Numbered from the stretch's first letter, positions 1-8,828 are shown. The stretch is 22,300 nt of DNA from Nitrososphaerota archaeon (GCA_028867755.1 JAGWFT010000004.1:1-22300), one strand, 5' to 3'. Numbers and translations are program-made. Notes: a model not told the origin generated them from the letters alone.

Positions 1-77
1 CTACACCAACTACACCACCAACTACACCAACTACACCACCAACTACACCAACTACACCACCAACTACACCAACTACA
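1..77 (+). repeat. Coding tandem repeat, 21-bp unit CTACACCAACTACACCACCAA (9+12 bp subunits), about 3.5 copies
   Basis: Exact units at 1-21, 22-42 and 43-63, partial at 64-77. Unit length is a multiple of 3 and encodes TPTTPPT. Confidence 0.9.
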
Positions 78-245
78 TCCACGACACTACCTAACCAGCA
101 AAATGAATCAGGTAAAGATGTTTTGCCAAACCCAAATCAACAACGAGTCAATTCTTCCGCTGTGATACATAATGTAGTAAATATATCGGAAGAAGTTTTC
201 AGCAAGGTCATTACAATAATAGAAAATATTTTTCACAAACTCTAG
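1..245 (+). CDS. 3' fragment of a Pro/Thr-rich (probably surface) protein; 5' end lies outside the window
   Basis: Frame 3 is open from the window edge to TAG at 243-245 and reads (TPTTPPT)x3-TPTTSTTLPNQQNESGKD...ENIFHKL*. Not in the ORF track because it has no start codon in the window. Confidence 0.7.
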   Translation, partial: TPTTPPTTPTTPPTTPTTPPTTPTTSTTLPNQQNESGKDVLPNPNQQRVNSSAVIHNVVNISEEVFSKVITIIENIFHKL

Positions 246-312
246 TTTAACAGATAATTAATACAACTGCGCTCATCTTTTTAATATCAATTTCTAAATC
301 AGAATTTGTTTT

Positions 313-456
313 TTATAAAGTAACGCCAAGCGATACCAACAACAGTTGCATTAATGATTTAGCCGAAACCTGTGCGACTGCAGAAAATATGTCGCCACAA
401 AAAGGCATGACCATCATAATAATTGATGTAATTATTACGTTGTTTGCTATCTTCAT
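313..456 (-). CDS. Possible 47-aa hydrophobic peptide or gene remnant
   Basis: ATG 456 to TAA 313 gives MKIANNVIITSIIMMVMPFCGDIFSAVAQVSAKSLMQLLLVSLGVTL. TTTATAAA lies at 485-478, 22-29 nt upstream. No homology recognised. Confidence 0.25.
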   Translation of the reverse strand: MKIANNVIITSIIMMVMPFCGDIFSAVAQVSAKSLMQLLLVSLGVTL

Positions 457-498
457 ATTACCTTGATACATGAATAATTTATAAAAAATTGTGACACT

Positions 499-522
499 TT
501 GTTAATGAACATTGTTAATGAA
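499..522. promoter_or_regulatory. 11-bp direct repeat TTGTTAATGAA x2 (13-bp period)
   Basis: Copies at 499-509 and 512-522, intergenic, just upstream of the TATA-like box at 478-485 on the minus strand. Confidence 0.35.
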
Positions 523-558
523 GATATCATTTAACGATTGAAGAAAATTGCAACTAGT

Positions 559-930
559 CTAAGAATGGTTCGTAGTTAGTTGTTTGATTTGTTTTTGTTC
601 CGTATTCATCACATTGTCCATTTGTGCAATATTTTCTCTTAGAGTACCAATCAGCCTTCCCAAGTTATCTGCTTCTTGTTCAACTGTAGATCTTCGCTTT
701 GATAAAGAGTCCAAGCCCTTTCTTTCCTCGTCTATATACTGAGTAACGCTACTCACTTTACCACGCAGGTTTTTCAAGTCTACAGAAGTATCTTCAATCT
801 GTTTTTCTAAGACAGTTCTTTTTTCGCGTAGCCTCAATATTAGCAATCCAAGCGAATCAATTGCTTCATCGAGTTTTATTCGCTTGTCAATTAGTAAGTT
901 AATTCCAATTTGAAATTCCGCTTCGGACAT
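559..930 (-). CDS. Hypothetical coiled-coil protein (123 aa)
   Basis: ORF with ATG start and heptad-like L/I/V periodicity with charged residues over almost the whole length. Confidence 0.7.
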   Translation of the reverse strand: MSEAEFQIGINLLIDKRIKLDEAIDSLGLLILRLREKRTVLEKQIEDTSVDLKNLRGKVSSVTQYIDEERKGLDSLSKRRSTVEQEADNLGRLIGTLRENIAQMDNVMNTEQKQIKQLTTNHS

Positions 931-1091
931 TTTCTAACAGCTAGTACAAATGTACTTTTATTTTAAGATTGGATAAGTTTTCAATTGAGGCTATTTAATG
1001 AAAATTAGAAGTTTTTGAATCATCGAAATATTGAAAATATATCAAAGAACATATTGTTAGAATAAGTTAGGCACACATTTGTAGATTCAGG

Positions 1092-2657
1092 TCACGCCAA
1101 GGTCAGAGTGATATGGATTTCTGCGCCCTTTCCTTCTCCTTCAGATTCTGCCCATATCTTTCCATTGTGTGCTTCAACTATACCTTTACAAACTGCAAGT
1201 CCTATTCCTGAACCTCCGTGTTCTCTTGTAACAGATGTATCAACCTGGTAGAATTTTACAAAGATTTTTTTAATTTTACTTTTTGGTATTCCGATACCAT
1301 TGTCCTTGATGATAATTTTTGAGTTTTTGTCATCTGCATGTAATTTTATAAATATTTCACTATTTTCCTTTGGGCAAAAATCTACTGCATTGTTAATTAG
1401 ATTATTCATGACTTGGGCAATTCGTAATCTATCACATACACAGTATATACCAGATTGCAAGTGCAATGACATTTTGATGTTATGTTTTTCTATATCGGGT
1501 TTTACGTTCTCAGTTACTTCACGTATTATGTCTGCAAGATCATGGTTTTCTTTGTTCAGATTCATTTGTCCAAGCTCAAGTTTTTGCACATCCAATAGAT
1601 CAGACATCAATTTCATAAGATATTTTGTGTTTGATTTTATTATCTCAAGCCTATGCTTTTGATCATTAGTTAACGGTCCAAATTTCTCTATGAGTAATAT
1701 ATCAACATAGCCTTGAATTGGGACAAGAGGTGTCTTCAGTTCATGAGTTATCATGGCAAGAAATTCTTCTTTTGATTTTTCAACATCTTGTAAATCTTCA
1801 TATTGTTCACGTATGTGAGCTTCATTTTCTTCTATCTTCTTTTTTGCTTCATAAAGCTCAGTAATATCTTTGATTACCGTATTACTTCCCAATTGATCTC
1901 CTTGATAAAACGTGGTTGCACTCAATAGTGCAGGAAAGATAGTACCATCTTTTCTTTTCATCCATATTTCCTTATTTGTAACACTAGCACCATTTTTCCA
2001 CGAGTTAAAAACTTCTTTCATATTATCAAGATTCTTCTCTGCCGTATGGTCGTAAATTTTCATGCCTACGACTTCTTCTTTTGAGTAGCCGAGGTTTTTT
2101 GCATACGATTCGTTACAGTCTGTTATGACTCCGTGAAGATCAATAGTACGCAAAAGATCTGGGGAATTTTCGTAAAGATTCTCGTATTTCTTTTCCAACA
2201 TCAAGAGAGTTTTGTGGGTTTTTTTGAGCTCATCGTATCTCTCGTTTGCTTGCACTTCTGCATGTTTTGCTTTCTCAAGAGCCGCGCGCATAGGTGAAAT
2301 GTCTTGAATTGTTATAAGATATGCCCCAATATTTTCATTCTCTTTTGATATTCGTGATCCTCTGCACAGACCAAAAAAAGTGTCACCGTCTTTTTTAATC
2401 AATAAAAGTTCTATAAGAGGCCCTATGCCATTTTTTTTCATTTCTCCAAATCCTGTCAAAGCAGTTTTTCTATATTGTTCTGCTATGAAATCAAAACATG
2501 GATTCCCAATCAATTCATCTTTTGAATAACCAAAATGATCTAGAGCACGCTGATTTACATCTAGGACTATTCCATTTTCATCCAATGTACAGACAAGATC
2601 TGGCGATATTTCGTAGAATGTTCGATATAGTCTTTCGAGAGATTCAGGAGGAATCAT
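1092..2657 (-). CDS. Soluble PAS-PAS-HisKA-HATPase sensor histidine kinase
   Basis: Two PAS repeats (YEISPDLVCTLDENG..FGYSKDELIG and YENSPDLLRTIDLHG..LGYSKEEVVG). H-box THELKTPL, N-box QVMNNLINNA, G1 DNGIGIP, F-box IFVKFYQV, G2 GGSGIGLAVCKGIVEAHNG. No TM segment. Confidence 0.95.
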   Translation of the reverse strand: MIPPESLERLYRTFYEISPDLVCTLDENGIVLDVNQRALDHFGYSKDELIGNPCFDFIAEQYRKTALTGFGEMKKNGIGPLIELLLIKKDGDTFFGLCRGSRISKENENIGAYLITIQDISPMRAALEKAKHAEVQANERYDELKKTHKTLLMLEKKYENLYENSPDLLRTIDLHGVITDCNESYAKNLGYSKEEVVGMKIYDHTAEKNLDNMKEVFNSWKNGASVTNKEIWMKRKDGTIFPALLSATTFYQGDQLGSNTVIKDITELYEAKKKIEENEAHIREQYEDLQDVEKSKEEFLAMITHELKTPLVPIQGYVDILLIEKFGPLTNDQKHRLEIIKSNTKYLMKLMSDLLDVQKLELGQMNLNKENHDLADIIREVTENVKPDIEKHNIKMSLHLQSGIYCVCDRLRIAQVMNNLINNAVDFCPKENSEIFIKLHADDKNSKIIIKDNGIGIPKSKIKKIFVKFYQVDTSVTREHGGSGIGLAVCKGIVEAHNGKIWAESEGEGKGAEIHITLTLA

Positions 2658-2843
2658 GTGGTTAGACTTCTATTTTTTTTCATAATATTTATTTTATCTT
2701 GATAATATATGGGCAAATATTACACAGTATTGAAATAAATTGCCTAAATCGGTTGTGATTGCAAATGGTTGCTACACTTCAAGAAACAGGAGCGGTAAAA
2801 CCAGATAGTGTTCCAAGTAACAAGAGTTGCGGGCAATCCAAGG

Positions 2844-3713
2844 TTAGTTACCCCCTATACAGACTGGATTACTATGACAACGAAGATCAGTACCAGTCAG
2901 AATTGCGCCCCCAAGATCCGTGCTATGTAGATTTGCGCCATGCAGGTTAGCATTTGTCAGATTTGCGCCGTCAAGTCTTGCACTAGAAAGATCAGCATTA
3001 CTAAAATCTGCACCAGACAAATCGTCTTGTAGCATTTCAGCGTTATTGAGATTAGCTCCCTTGAAAATTGCACCAGAAAGAGATGCCCATGAAAAAGAAC
3101 TATCTTGGAAATTTCCATTTGTGAGATTTGCATTAGTCAAGTTTGCAAAATGAAAATTAACAAATGGCGCATTAGAGCCTACCATTGTAGCATTAGAGAG
3201 GTTTGCATAAGGCAGATCAATGTTTGTCATTTCAGCATAGTCAAGATTAGCATTTCGTAGATCAGCACTTACCATGTCTGATTTTATGAGATTGGCATGA
3301 GAAAGGTTAGTTCCCTGAAGGTTTGCGTTATTGAGATTGGAATGGCTAAGATATGCATTAGAATGATCGCACCACGACCAATCCACACGTGGAAAGTTTT
3401 GACTGTCACAATTTTTTGACTGGGAATGCGATACAGGTGGTGACAGCACTACATTTTGAGGCTGTTGAGCAACAGTAGAATTTTCCTGTGTTACCCAAGA
3501 TGGTAAAAGTCCATTTTGAACAATCAGGCCTATTCCTGCCAGATATTGTTGATCACTTATCTTTCCCTCAATCCACATCTTTGCATTGTCTTTTAGCCAT
3601 GATATCGACATGGCGTTAGCAGTAACACCATATGCCAAATTACTTGAAATCGACGAACCGGTAATTACAGAAATCAACATCACAGCAGTCAAGACAAGTG
3701 TTAACTTTTTCAT
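2844..3713 (-). CDS. Secreted pentapeptide-repeat protein with an N-terminal thaumarchaeal SWLKDNAKMW module
   Basis: Signal peptide MKKLTLVLTAVMLISVITG, long A/S-[ND]-L/F-x-x pentapeptide run, Cys pairs at both ends of the repeat region. Confidence 0.9.
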   Translation of the reverse strand: MKKLTLVLTAVMLISVITGSSISSNLAYGVTANAMSISWLKDNAKMWIEGKISDQQYLAGIGLIVQNGLLPSWVTQENSTVAQQPQNVVLSPPVSHSQSKNCDSQNFPRVDWSWCDHSNAYLSHSNLNNANLQGTNLSHANLIKSDMVSADLRNANLDYAEMTNIDLPYANLSNATMVGSNAPFVNFHFANLTNANLTNGNFQDSSFSWASLSGAIFKGANLNNAEMLQDDLSGADFSNADLSSARLDGANLTNANLHGANLHSTDLGGAILTGTDLRCHSNPVCIGGN

Positions 3714-3912
3714 TAGGACGAGACCTAATTTTCTCAGATATTTAATGGGTTCAATAGAAATAATTTCTAAAAATAAACATTGATTCCAATAATGTAGAAT
3801 ACCATATCGTTAGACACTAGTGCATATTGAGAAACTTGTAAAGTAACACAGTTACACAACATATTAAATTCATGCCCACTAGATACTATTGAATCGTGAC
3901 ATAATACGAAAA

Positions 3913-4046
3913 ATGAGCAAAAGGAGTTAAAGTGCAAAGAATGTGGGATGAAATTTGACGATCCCATAAGGCTGGAAAGACACTTCAAGGCAGCACACCC
4001 CCAAAAACATAGCGGTTTTAGGCAGAAATGGTATTGGGAAAATTAG
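3913..4046 (+). pseudogene. Single C2H2 zinc-finger microprotein, apparently frameshifted by one base after codon 3
   Basis: The frame ending at TAG 4044-4046 reads KELKCKECGMKFDDPIRLERHFKAAHPQKHSGFRQKWYWEN (C-x2-C-x12-H-x4-H, with the canonical F and L) but has no start after TGA 3897. ATG 3913 is in another frame; one extra A in the AAAA run (3919-3922) would give MSKKELKC... Confidence 0.65.
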
Positions 4047-4123
4047 TGTGTAAAAACTAACATATTGTATACTATCACAAAAATTTCTATATTGTATATG
4101 TTGTTTTTAATTTTATTTGGTAA

Positions 4124-5077
4124 TTACGGACTGACCTGAATTACACCAGACATGATGAGATACTGTATCCCATTTACAAAATCGCCATCAGATATTTGCC
4201 CTGCTGACCACCACGAGGCATCATTTCTAACCCATTGCGGAATATGATAATTCGAGTCAAGCACATAGTAGATTTGCGGGGATTTTACAATTCCCTGCTT
4301 TAGCATGTATTGAATTCCTGTGGCAAATTCCTTGTCAGACATTTGCCCTGCTGACCACATCTTTGCATCATCTTTTAACCAGCTTGGCATTGTCAACTGT
4401 CCAGACTCGTATAATATATCAGCCGTAGCAATTGTGCTCCTTGCACCATATTGTGCATTAATGATGTATTCTTGTCCTGGAACCCATAGATTAGTTGGAA
4501 TGATTGTTGTAGAGAATTGGCGGGATGTCTCAGTTGATACATGATTTGCTGCAACACCGTTACCTGAAAGATCAGTTACCCATACTGTGACTACCTCATC
4601 TGGAACAAATTTTGAAGCCTGGCCTGATACTGTAACATTATCTCCAGCACGATAATCAGATTTGTCAGTATAGATTAGGAGCGATATTGGTGGCTGCAAT
4701 GGCAAATTATTTCCAACATTAATTGCACCTGTCATCCAAGGATGAATAAGACAATAATAACTATAAACTCCAGTTGTCTCAAATGTATAAGAAAAAGCCC
4801 CTCCAGGACTAATAAGACCGCTATCAATTCTTCCATCTACTCCAAGGTTAGGCCTTCCTGTTGATGCAGTATGTGCTGTAGTATCGTCATTTTTCCAGGT
4901 TACTGTGTATCCTGGCTTTATGTCTATGACAGAGGGAGAATAAAAAACACCAGTGTTCTGGTGCGATGCACCAAGAGGTATCGTTACAGTCAGATTATCT
5001 GCATATGCATGCTGAAAGAATAGAAGACATGCTAATGAAAATAATACAGGAACAAAAAAGAACTTGTATTCTTTCAT
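4124..5077 (-). CDS. Secreted plastocyanin/azurin-like blue-copper protein with an Ig-like domain and two C-terminal PxWxKxxAxWW modules
   Basis: Signal peptide from MKEYKFFF (ATG 5077 preferred over 5146 because a TATA-like box sits 22-29 nt upstream). Type-1 Cu ligands TAHTA and YYCLIHPWM; TDKSDYRAGDNVTVSG Ig-like start; repeats MPSWLKDDAKMW and IPQWVRNDASWW. Confidence 0.88.
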   Translation of the reverse strand: MKEYKFFFVPVLFSLACLLFFQHAYADNLTVTIPLGASHQNTGVFYSPSVIDIKPGYTVTWKNDDTTAHTASTGRPNLGVDGRIDSGLISPGGAFSYTFETTGVYSYYCLIHPWMTGAINVGNNLPLQPPISLLIYTDKSDYRAGDNVTVSGQASKFVPDEVVTVWVTDLSGNGVAANHVSTETSRQFSTTIIPTNLWVPGQEYIINAQYGARSTIATADILYESGQLTMPSWLKDDAKMWSAGQMSDKEFATGIQYMLKQGIVKSPQIYYVLDSNYHIPQWVRNDASWWSAGQISDGDFVNGIQYLIMSGVIQVSP

Positions 5078-5192
5078 CGTATAATTATCTGGCTTATCAT
5101 AGATAAGAGACGCGTAGGATTTCTCAGTATGATTTTTCCATACCATAAAGCACCATTGACATGGCTAAAGAGACAGAATTCTAATGATAATA

Positions 5193-6539
5193 TTAGTTGG
5201 GTTCCATTCGTTTTATTATTTTTCCAAGGGTTATTGTATCCAAGCTTGAACGAATCTTTCCTTCTTTTATTTTAGTATTCCATTCTTTTATCTTGTCAAG
5301 CTTGTTGTGTTCACTAATTATCTCTACAGCAAGAATTGGGTTTGAACTATACCAAGAGATTGCAGACTGGACGACATATTTCAAATCATAATCTGTCAAT
5401 ATTGGCCAATATCTACTCAGCATGCTTTCAAGTGGTACATCCAAAAGCCCAAGTCGTTTTTTTATCATGGATAGGATCTCAGAAAATCTTGGAGGATCTT
5501 CAAGTGCAGAAACAGAAACATTTGCAGTACTTCCATCATGAGTACTCTTGTCATCATCTGAAAAGGTTAGCTTGACAGAACCACGTTTTCCTGAAACAGT
5601 AAGATGATCTTCTTTGATTTCAATTGCACCTCCCATCGCTTTTATGATATCAAGCAGAACCGATAGTCGCTCTTTTGTGATTTTTTTTATCAATATTAGA
5701 TTGCCAGAGTTGATATCAGATTGAGCATCTACAATTTCAGGCGAGTTTTCCAAATTTACCTTAATGCAGCTTAGTGCCGTACGTACAAGTTCAATATCAT
5801 CATTTTCAAAGACCAGCGTGTTTGGAACTCGTTTATCTTTGGAGCCCAGTCTGTTTAAAAAGCTAAAAATCTCATCAGGTATGTTACTTAGTTCCTTGAG
5901 CTCAATGAAGACCTGTTTTTCTAAATCATCTGTTTTCCAGCTAGCCATAGTTGGCTTTGCAATTGTACACATGATATTGTATGCTGCACGTTTTTCTATT
6001 GGGACAAGCACTACAGAATCATCTTTTTTGTTTACGCGATAGTAGCTTGTTTCCTCAACACCAATGCATTTTATGATGTTGCCAAGGTTGACTTTGGCAG
6101 TAATCTTTTCATTTTCATTGTTTAGTTTGATCTGAACCCAGGTCCTAGTTGCAGGGTCAAACTCTTCCCACGAGTCCATACTTGGAAATTCAACCGTAGC
6201 AGGTTCTCCTAATTTTCGTATTTCAGGTTTGTATAATTGAGTCAAAACCTTGACATGGTCATCCAAAGTATGTACAGAAACTCCAATTCCCCACAATGAA
6301 TCAAGAAAATCCTTTCGTGTAGATGCATCCATAACACAAGTCCATCGTCTGTCAACTATCCTTGGCGTAATCTGGAATTTATTGAGGACTCTATCTAACT
6401 TGGCTTGCTGAGAGAAATGGATTGAGGTTATTTTCGTAAATGTATTTTTGTATACTTCACAAAGAATCGGTTTTGTTCTTCGAAAACAGAGATCACAGAA
6501 TTCAACAGGATTTGAATTGATATCATTTGAGTTTTTCAC
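5193..6539 (-). CDS. Hypothetical cytoplasmic protein (448 aa), N-terminal CxxC
   Basis: Long ORF with GTG start and globular composition. No family recognised. Confidence 0.8.
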   Translation of the reverse strand: MKNSNDINSNPVEFCDLCFRRTKPILCEVYKNTFTKITSIHFSQQAKLDRVLNKFQITPRIVDRRWTCVMDASTRKDFLDSLWGIGVSVHTLDDHVKVLTQLYKPEIRKLGEPATVEFPSMDSWEEFDPATRTWVQIKLNNENEKITAKVNLGNIIKCIGVEETSYYRVNKKDDSVVLVPIEKRAAYNIMCTIAKPTMASWKTDDLEKQVFIELKELSNIPDEIFSFLNRLGSKDKRVPNTLVFENDDIELVRTALSCIKVNLENSPEIVDAQSDINSGNLILIKKITKERLSVLLDIIKAMGGAIEIKEDHLTVSGKRGSVKLTFSDDDKSTHDGSTANVSVSALEDPPRFSEILSMIKKRLGLLDVPLESMLSRYWPILTDYDLKYVVQSAISWYSSNPILAVEIISEHNKLDKIKEWNTKIKEGKIRSSLDTITLGKIIKRMEPN

Positions 6540-6595
6540 TATACTTGCATCTAACTACTGCTAATTTCAATATTTGGTGTTTACGATCAGAAAAC

Positions 6596-7033
6596 CTATT
6601 GGAGAAATCTTGGAATCTTTTTGGCAATATGAGATATAGATATTCTGCCAGGACCTAGAACTATGATTGTTAACAATATTATAAATGCCAAAAGTTCAAG
6701 CTCTATGCCTTGGTTACCTGAAAATGCTTTTAGTTTTTTTACATAAACTATTGCTCCAAGCATATCAATTGCAATAAGGCTGCTTGCTATTCTTGATAGG
6801 ACGCCTACCACAACAAGTGCGCCACCTACGAGTTCAAGCAAACCTATGAGAACTGCCATCTCTGATGGAAGACCAAGACTGGAAAGAAATGCTCCAAACC
6901 CACTATCAAACTTCATCTGACTATGAACCATAAAAAAGACACCAACCACAATTCTCAATCCAAAATGGCTCAGATCATGCAGTATGTGAGTTCTAATGCT
7001 GGCTTCCATGTCTTGTTTTTCATTTGATATCAA
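6596..7033 (-). CDS. DoxX-family membrane protein
   Basis: LRIVVGVFFMVHSQMKF, ELVGGALVVVGVLSRIAS, GIELELL and LGPGRISI motifs, about 4 TM segments. Start could instead be ATG 7009. Confidence 0.88.
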   Translation of the reverse strand: MISNEKQDMEASIRTHILHDLSHFGLRIVVGVFFMVHSQMKFDSGFGAFLSSLGLPSEMAVLIGLLELVGGALVVVGVLSRIASSLIAIDMLGAIVYVKKLKAFSGNQGIELELLAFIILLTIIVLGPGRISISHIAKKIPRFLQ

Positions 7034-7154
7034 TTATAACTTTCGTCAATCTGCACAACAGATCTTTGCATACTGACAATCTTAGAAGTGAGATTAACTG
7101 AAAGAATAGAAAATCTTGACCAAGTAAGAGTTATCAAAGCAAGAATAGCGCATA

Positions 7155-7502
7155 TTGTTGGCAGAGGAAACACCAGTCAAAAAGTCATTTATTCAGGAAT
7201 TTATGGATTTTTTACAAACGTTTGGAGTAATTGGACTTGCAATAGCATTTGTCATAGGACAAGCAGCTTCTAAGCTAGTTACTGCACTTGTAATGGATAT
7301 CATAAATCCAATGATAGGATTGGCAATGCCAGATGTTGGAGACCTTGCTAAAATTTCCTTTACTATAGGGAAATCTACATTCTCATACGGAGACCTTATT
7401 GGAAATATAATAAACTTCTTGGTGATCGCTCTAGTAGTATTCATTGCTTACAAACAGATGTCTAAATTTGGTGTAATAGTAGACCCCACAAAGAAAAAAT
7501 AA
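7155..7502 (+). CDS. mscL: Large-conductance mechanosensitive channel (short form)
   Basis: EFMDFLQTFGVIGLAIAFVIGQAASKLVTALVMDIINPMIG (S1/TM1) and YGDLIGNIINFLVIALVVF (TM2). Confidence 0.9.
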   Translation: MLAEETPVKKSFIQEFMDFLQTFGVIGLAIAFVIGQAASKLVTALVMDIINPMIGLAMPDVGDLAKISFTIGKSTFSYGDLIGNIINFLVIALVVFIAYKQMSKFGVIVDPTKKK

Positions 7503-7609
7503 CAATTCTACTCGATGCAGTCTGAAACACTATACAGTAGATATACTGATACAAATCATTAGACTCAAAATTTTAATAGGTATGCAATCGGAGAAAAAGC
7601 AGAAGTGCC

Positions 7610-8779
7610 ATGTCGTGGACAAAGTCTGAACTTTTTACCCGTTCAAGATCTCTATCTGTCATAATTCCAACGTATAACGAATCTCAGAACATTACAAAAA
7701 TGCTAGATATTGTCTCATCATGTCTGCCTCCTGAGACAAATGCCGAGATCATTGTAATTGATGATAATTCTCCAGATGGTACTGGAGAAATTACAGAAGA
7801 GTATGCAAGAAAATCAAGAGATTCTGGAGGTTGTGAAATTAAGTTAATAACCCGTAAAGACCAGAGGGGCCTGAGCTCTGCAATACTTGCAGGCATAAGG
7901 GCATCGATAGGAGAATCAGTTGTGGTAATGGATAGCGATTTTTCTCATCCACCAGAAACCATAGCAAAAATGATAGAAGAGCTGAAAAGATCTGATTGTG
8001 ATATTGTAGTTGCATCAAGATATGTTGAAGGTGGTTCCATCACAGGGTGGCCTTTCAAGCGCAAATTGATTAGCAAGGGGGCAACAAAAATAGCACAGCG
8101 AAGTCTTGGAATAAAAATAAAGGATCCAATGTCCGGATTCTTTGCGTTTCGTCGTCATATCATTAGAAACATAAAGTTTGATGCAATAGGGTACAAGATA
8201 CTTTTGGAGATACTTGTAAAGGCAAAGGAGGCTAGAGTAAAAGAAATACCATACAATTTTACTGACAGAAAGTCTGGCGAGAGTAAGCTTGATAGATCAG
8301 TAATTTCAGATTACATAAAATCAGTGTGGAAGCTATACAGGTATGGCAAGTCCATAATCGAGAGAAGAACTTCTGTTCACTTTCTATCCAAAGCGGGACG
8401 ATTCTATACTGTTGGAGCTTCTGGCCTGCTTGTAAACTATATAGTCTCATTTCTCTTTGGGGCAGTCCTGTCAAACTTGTGGTATATCTACGCAACCATG
8501 ATTGGGATTTTGTTTTCAATGACATCGAATTTCATACTAAATAAGATATGGACATTTGAAGACAGAGATACCAGTCTGAAGAGGACACTTTTGCAGTATG
8601 GTTCATTTTTGGCATTTAGCGGAGTTGGAGCAATGTTTCAGCTTGGAATGGTCTACGTCCTTGTAGGAACAGAGCATATGAGCTATGCACTAGCACTGTT
8701 TGTATCTGTTGCAGTTGCCTCAATTGGTAACTTTATACTCAATAAGAGATGGACCTTCAAGGAAAAAATCTGGAGCTAG
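7610..8779 (+). CDS. DPM1-like polyprenol-phosphate glycosyltransferase (GT2) fused to a C-terminal GtrA-like domain
   Basis: VIIPTYNE, DDNSPDGTG, VMDSDFSHPPE, VVASRY, DPMSGFFAF and GYKILLEIL motifs. C-terminal 4-TM GtrA pattern RFYTVGASGLLVNY...NFILNKIWTF...NFILNKRWTF. Confidence 0.92.
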   Translation: MSWTKSELFTRSRSLSVIIPTYNESQNITKMLDIVSSCLPPETNAEIIVIDDNSPDGTGEITEEYARKSRDSGGCEIKLITRKDQRGLSSAILAGIRASIGESVVVMDSDFSHPPETIAKMIEELKRSDCDIVVASRYVEGGSITGWPFKRKLISKGATKIAQRSLGIKIKDPMSGFFAFRRHIIRNIKFDAIGYKILLEILVKAKEARVKEIPYNFTDRKSGESKLDRSVISDYIKSVWKLYRYGKSIIERRTSVHFLSKAGRFYTVGASGLLVNYIVSFLFGAVLSNLWYIYATMIGILFSMTSNFILNKIWTFEDRDTSLKRTLLQYGSFLAFSGVGAMFQLGMVYVLVGTEHMSYALALFVSVAVASIGNFILNKRWTFKEKIWS

Positions 8780-8828
8780 TACATTTCATACCATAGAGAA
8801 AATTACCTTGCCTTGATATCACTGGATT

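Noticed and set aside
1-77. C/A-rich repeat as a CRISPR array or telomere-like repeat
   Set aside because: There are no unique spacers. The unit is a multiple of 3 and lies in an open frame encoding a Pro/Thr linker.
2844-3713. Pentapeptide protein as a Qnr/MfpA quinolone-resistance factor
   Set aside because: It has a signal peptide and a surface-type module, so it is not a cytoplasmic gyrase protector.
3909-3925. Programmed -1 ribosomal frameshift for the C2H2 gene
   Set aside because: There is no canonical slippery heptamer in the ATG frame and no clear downstream structure. An indel is the simpler explanation.
3767-3988. Track ORF of 73 aa on the minus strand
   Set aside because: It is antisense to the C2H2 finger frame, which has a far stronger motif.
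5078-5146. Longer N-terminus (ATG 5146) for the cupredoxin
   Set aside because: The extra 23 residues precede a normal signal peptide and overlap the TATA-like box and YTACGC element that fit ATG 5077.
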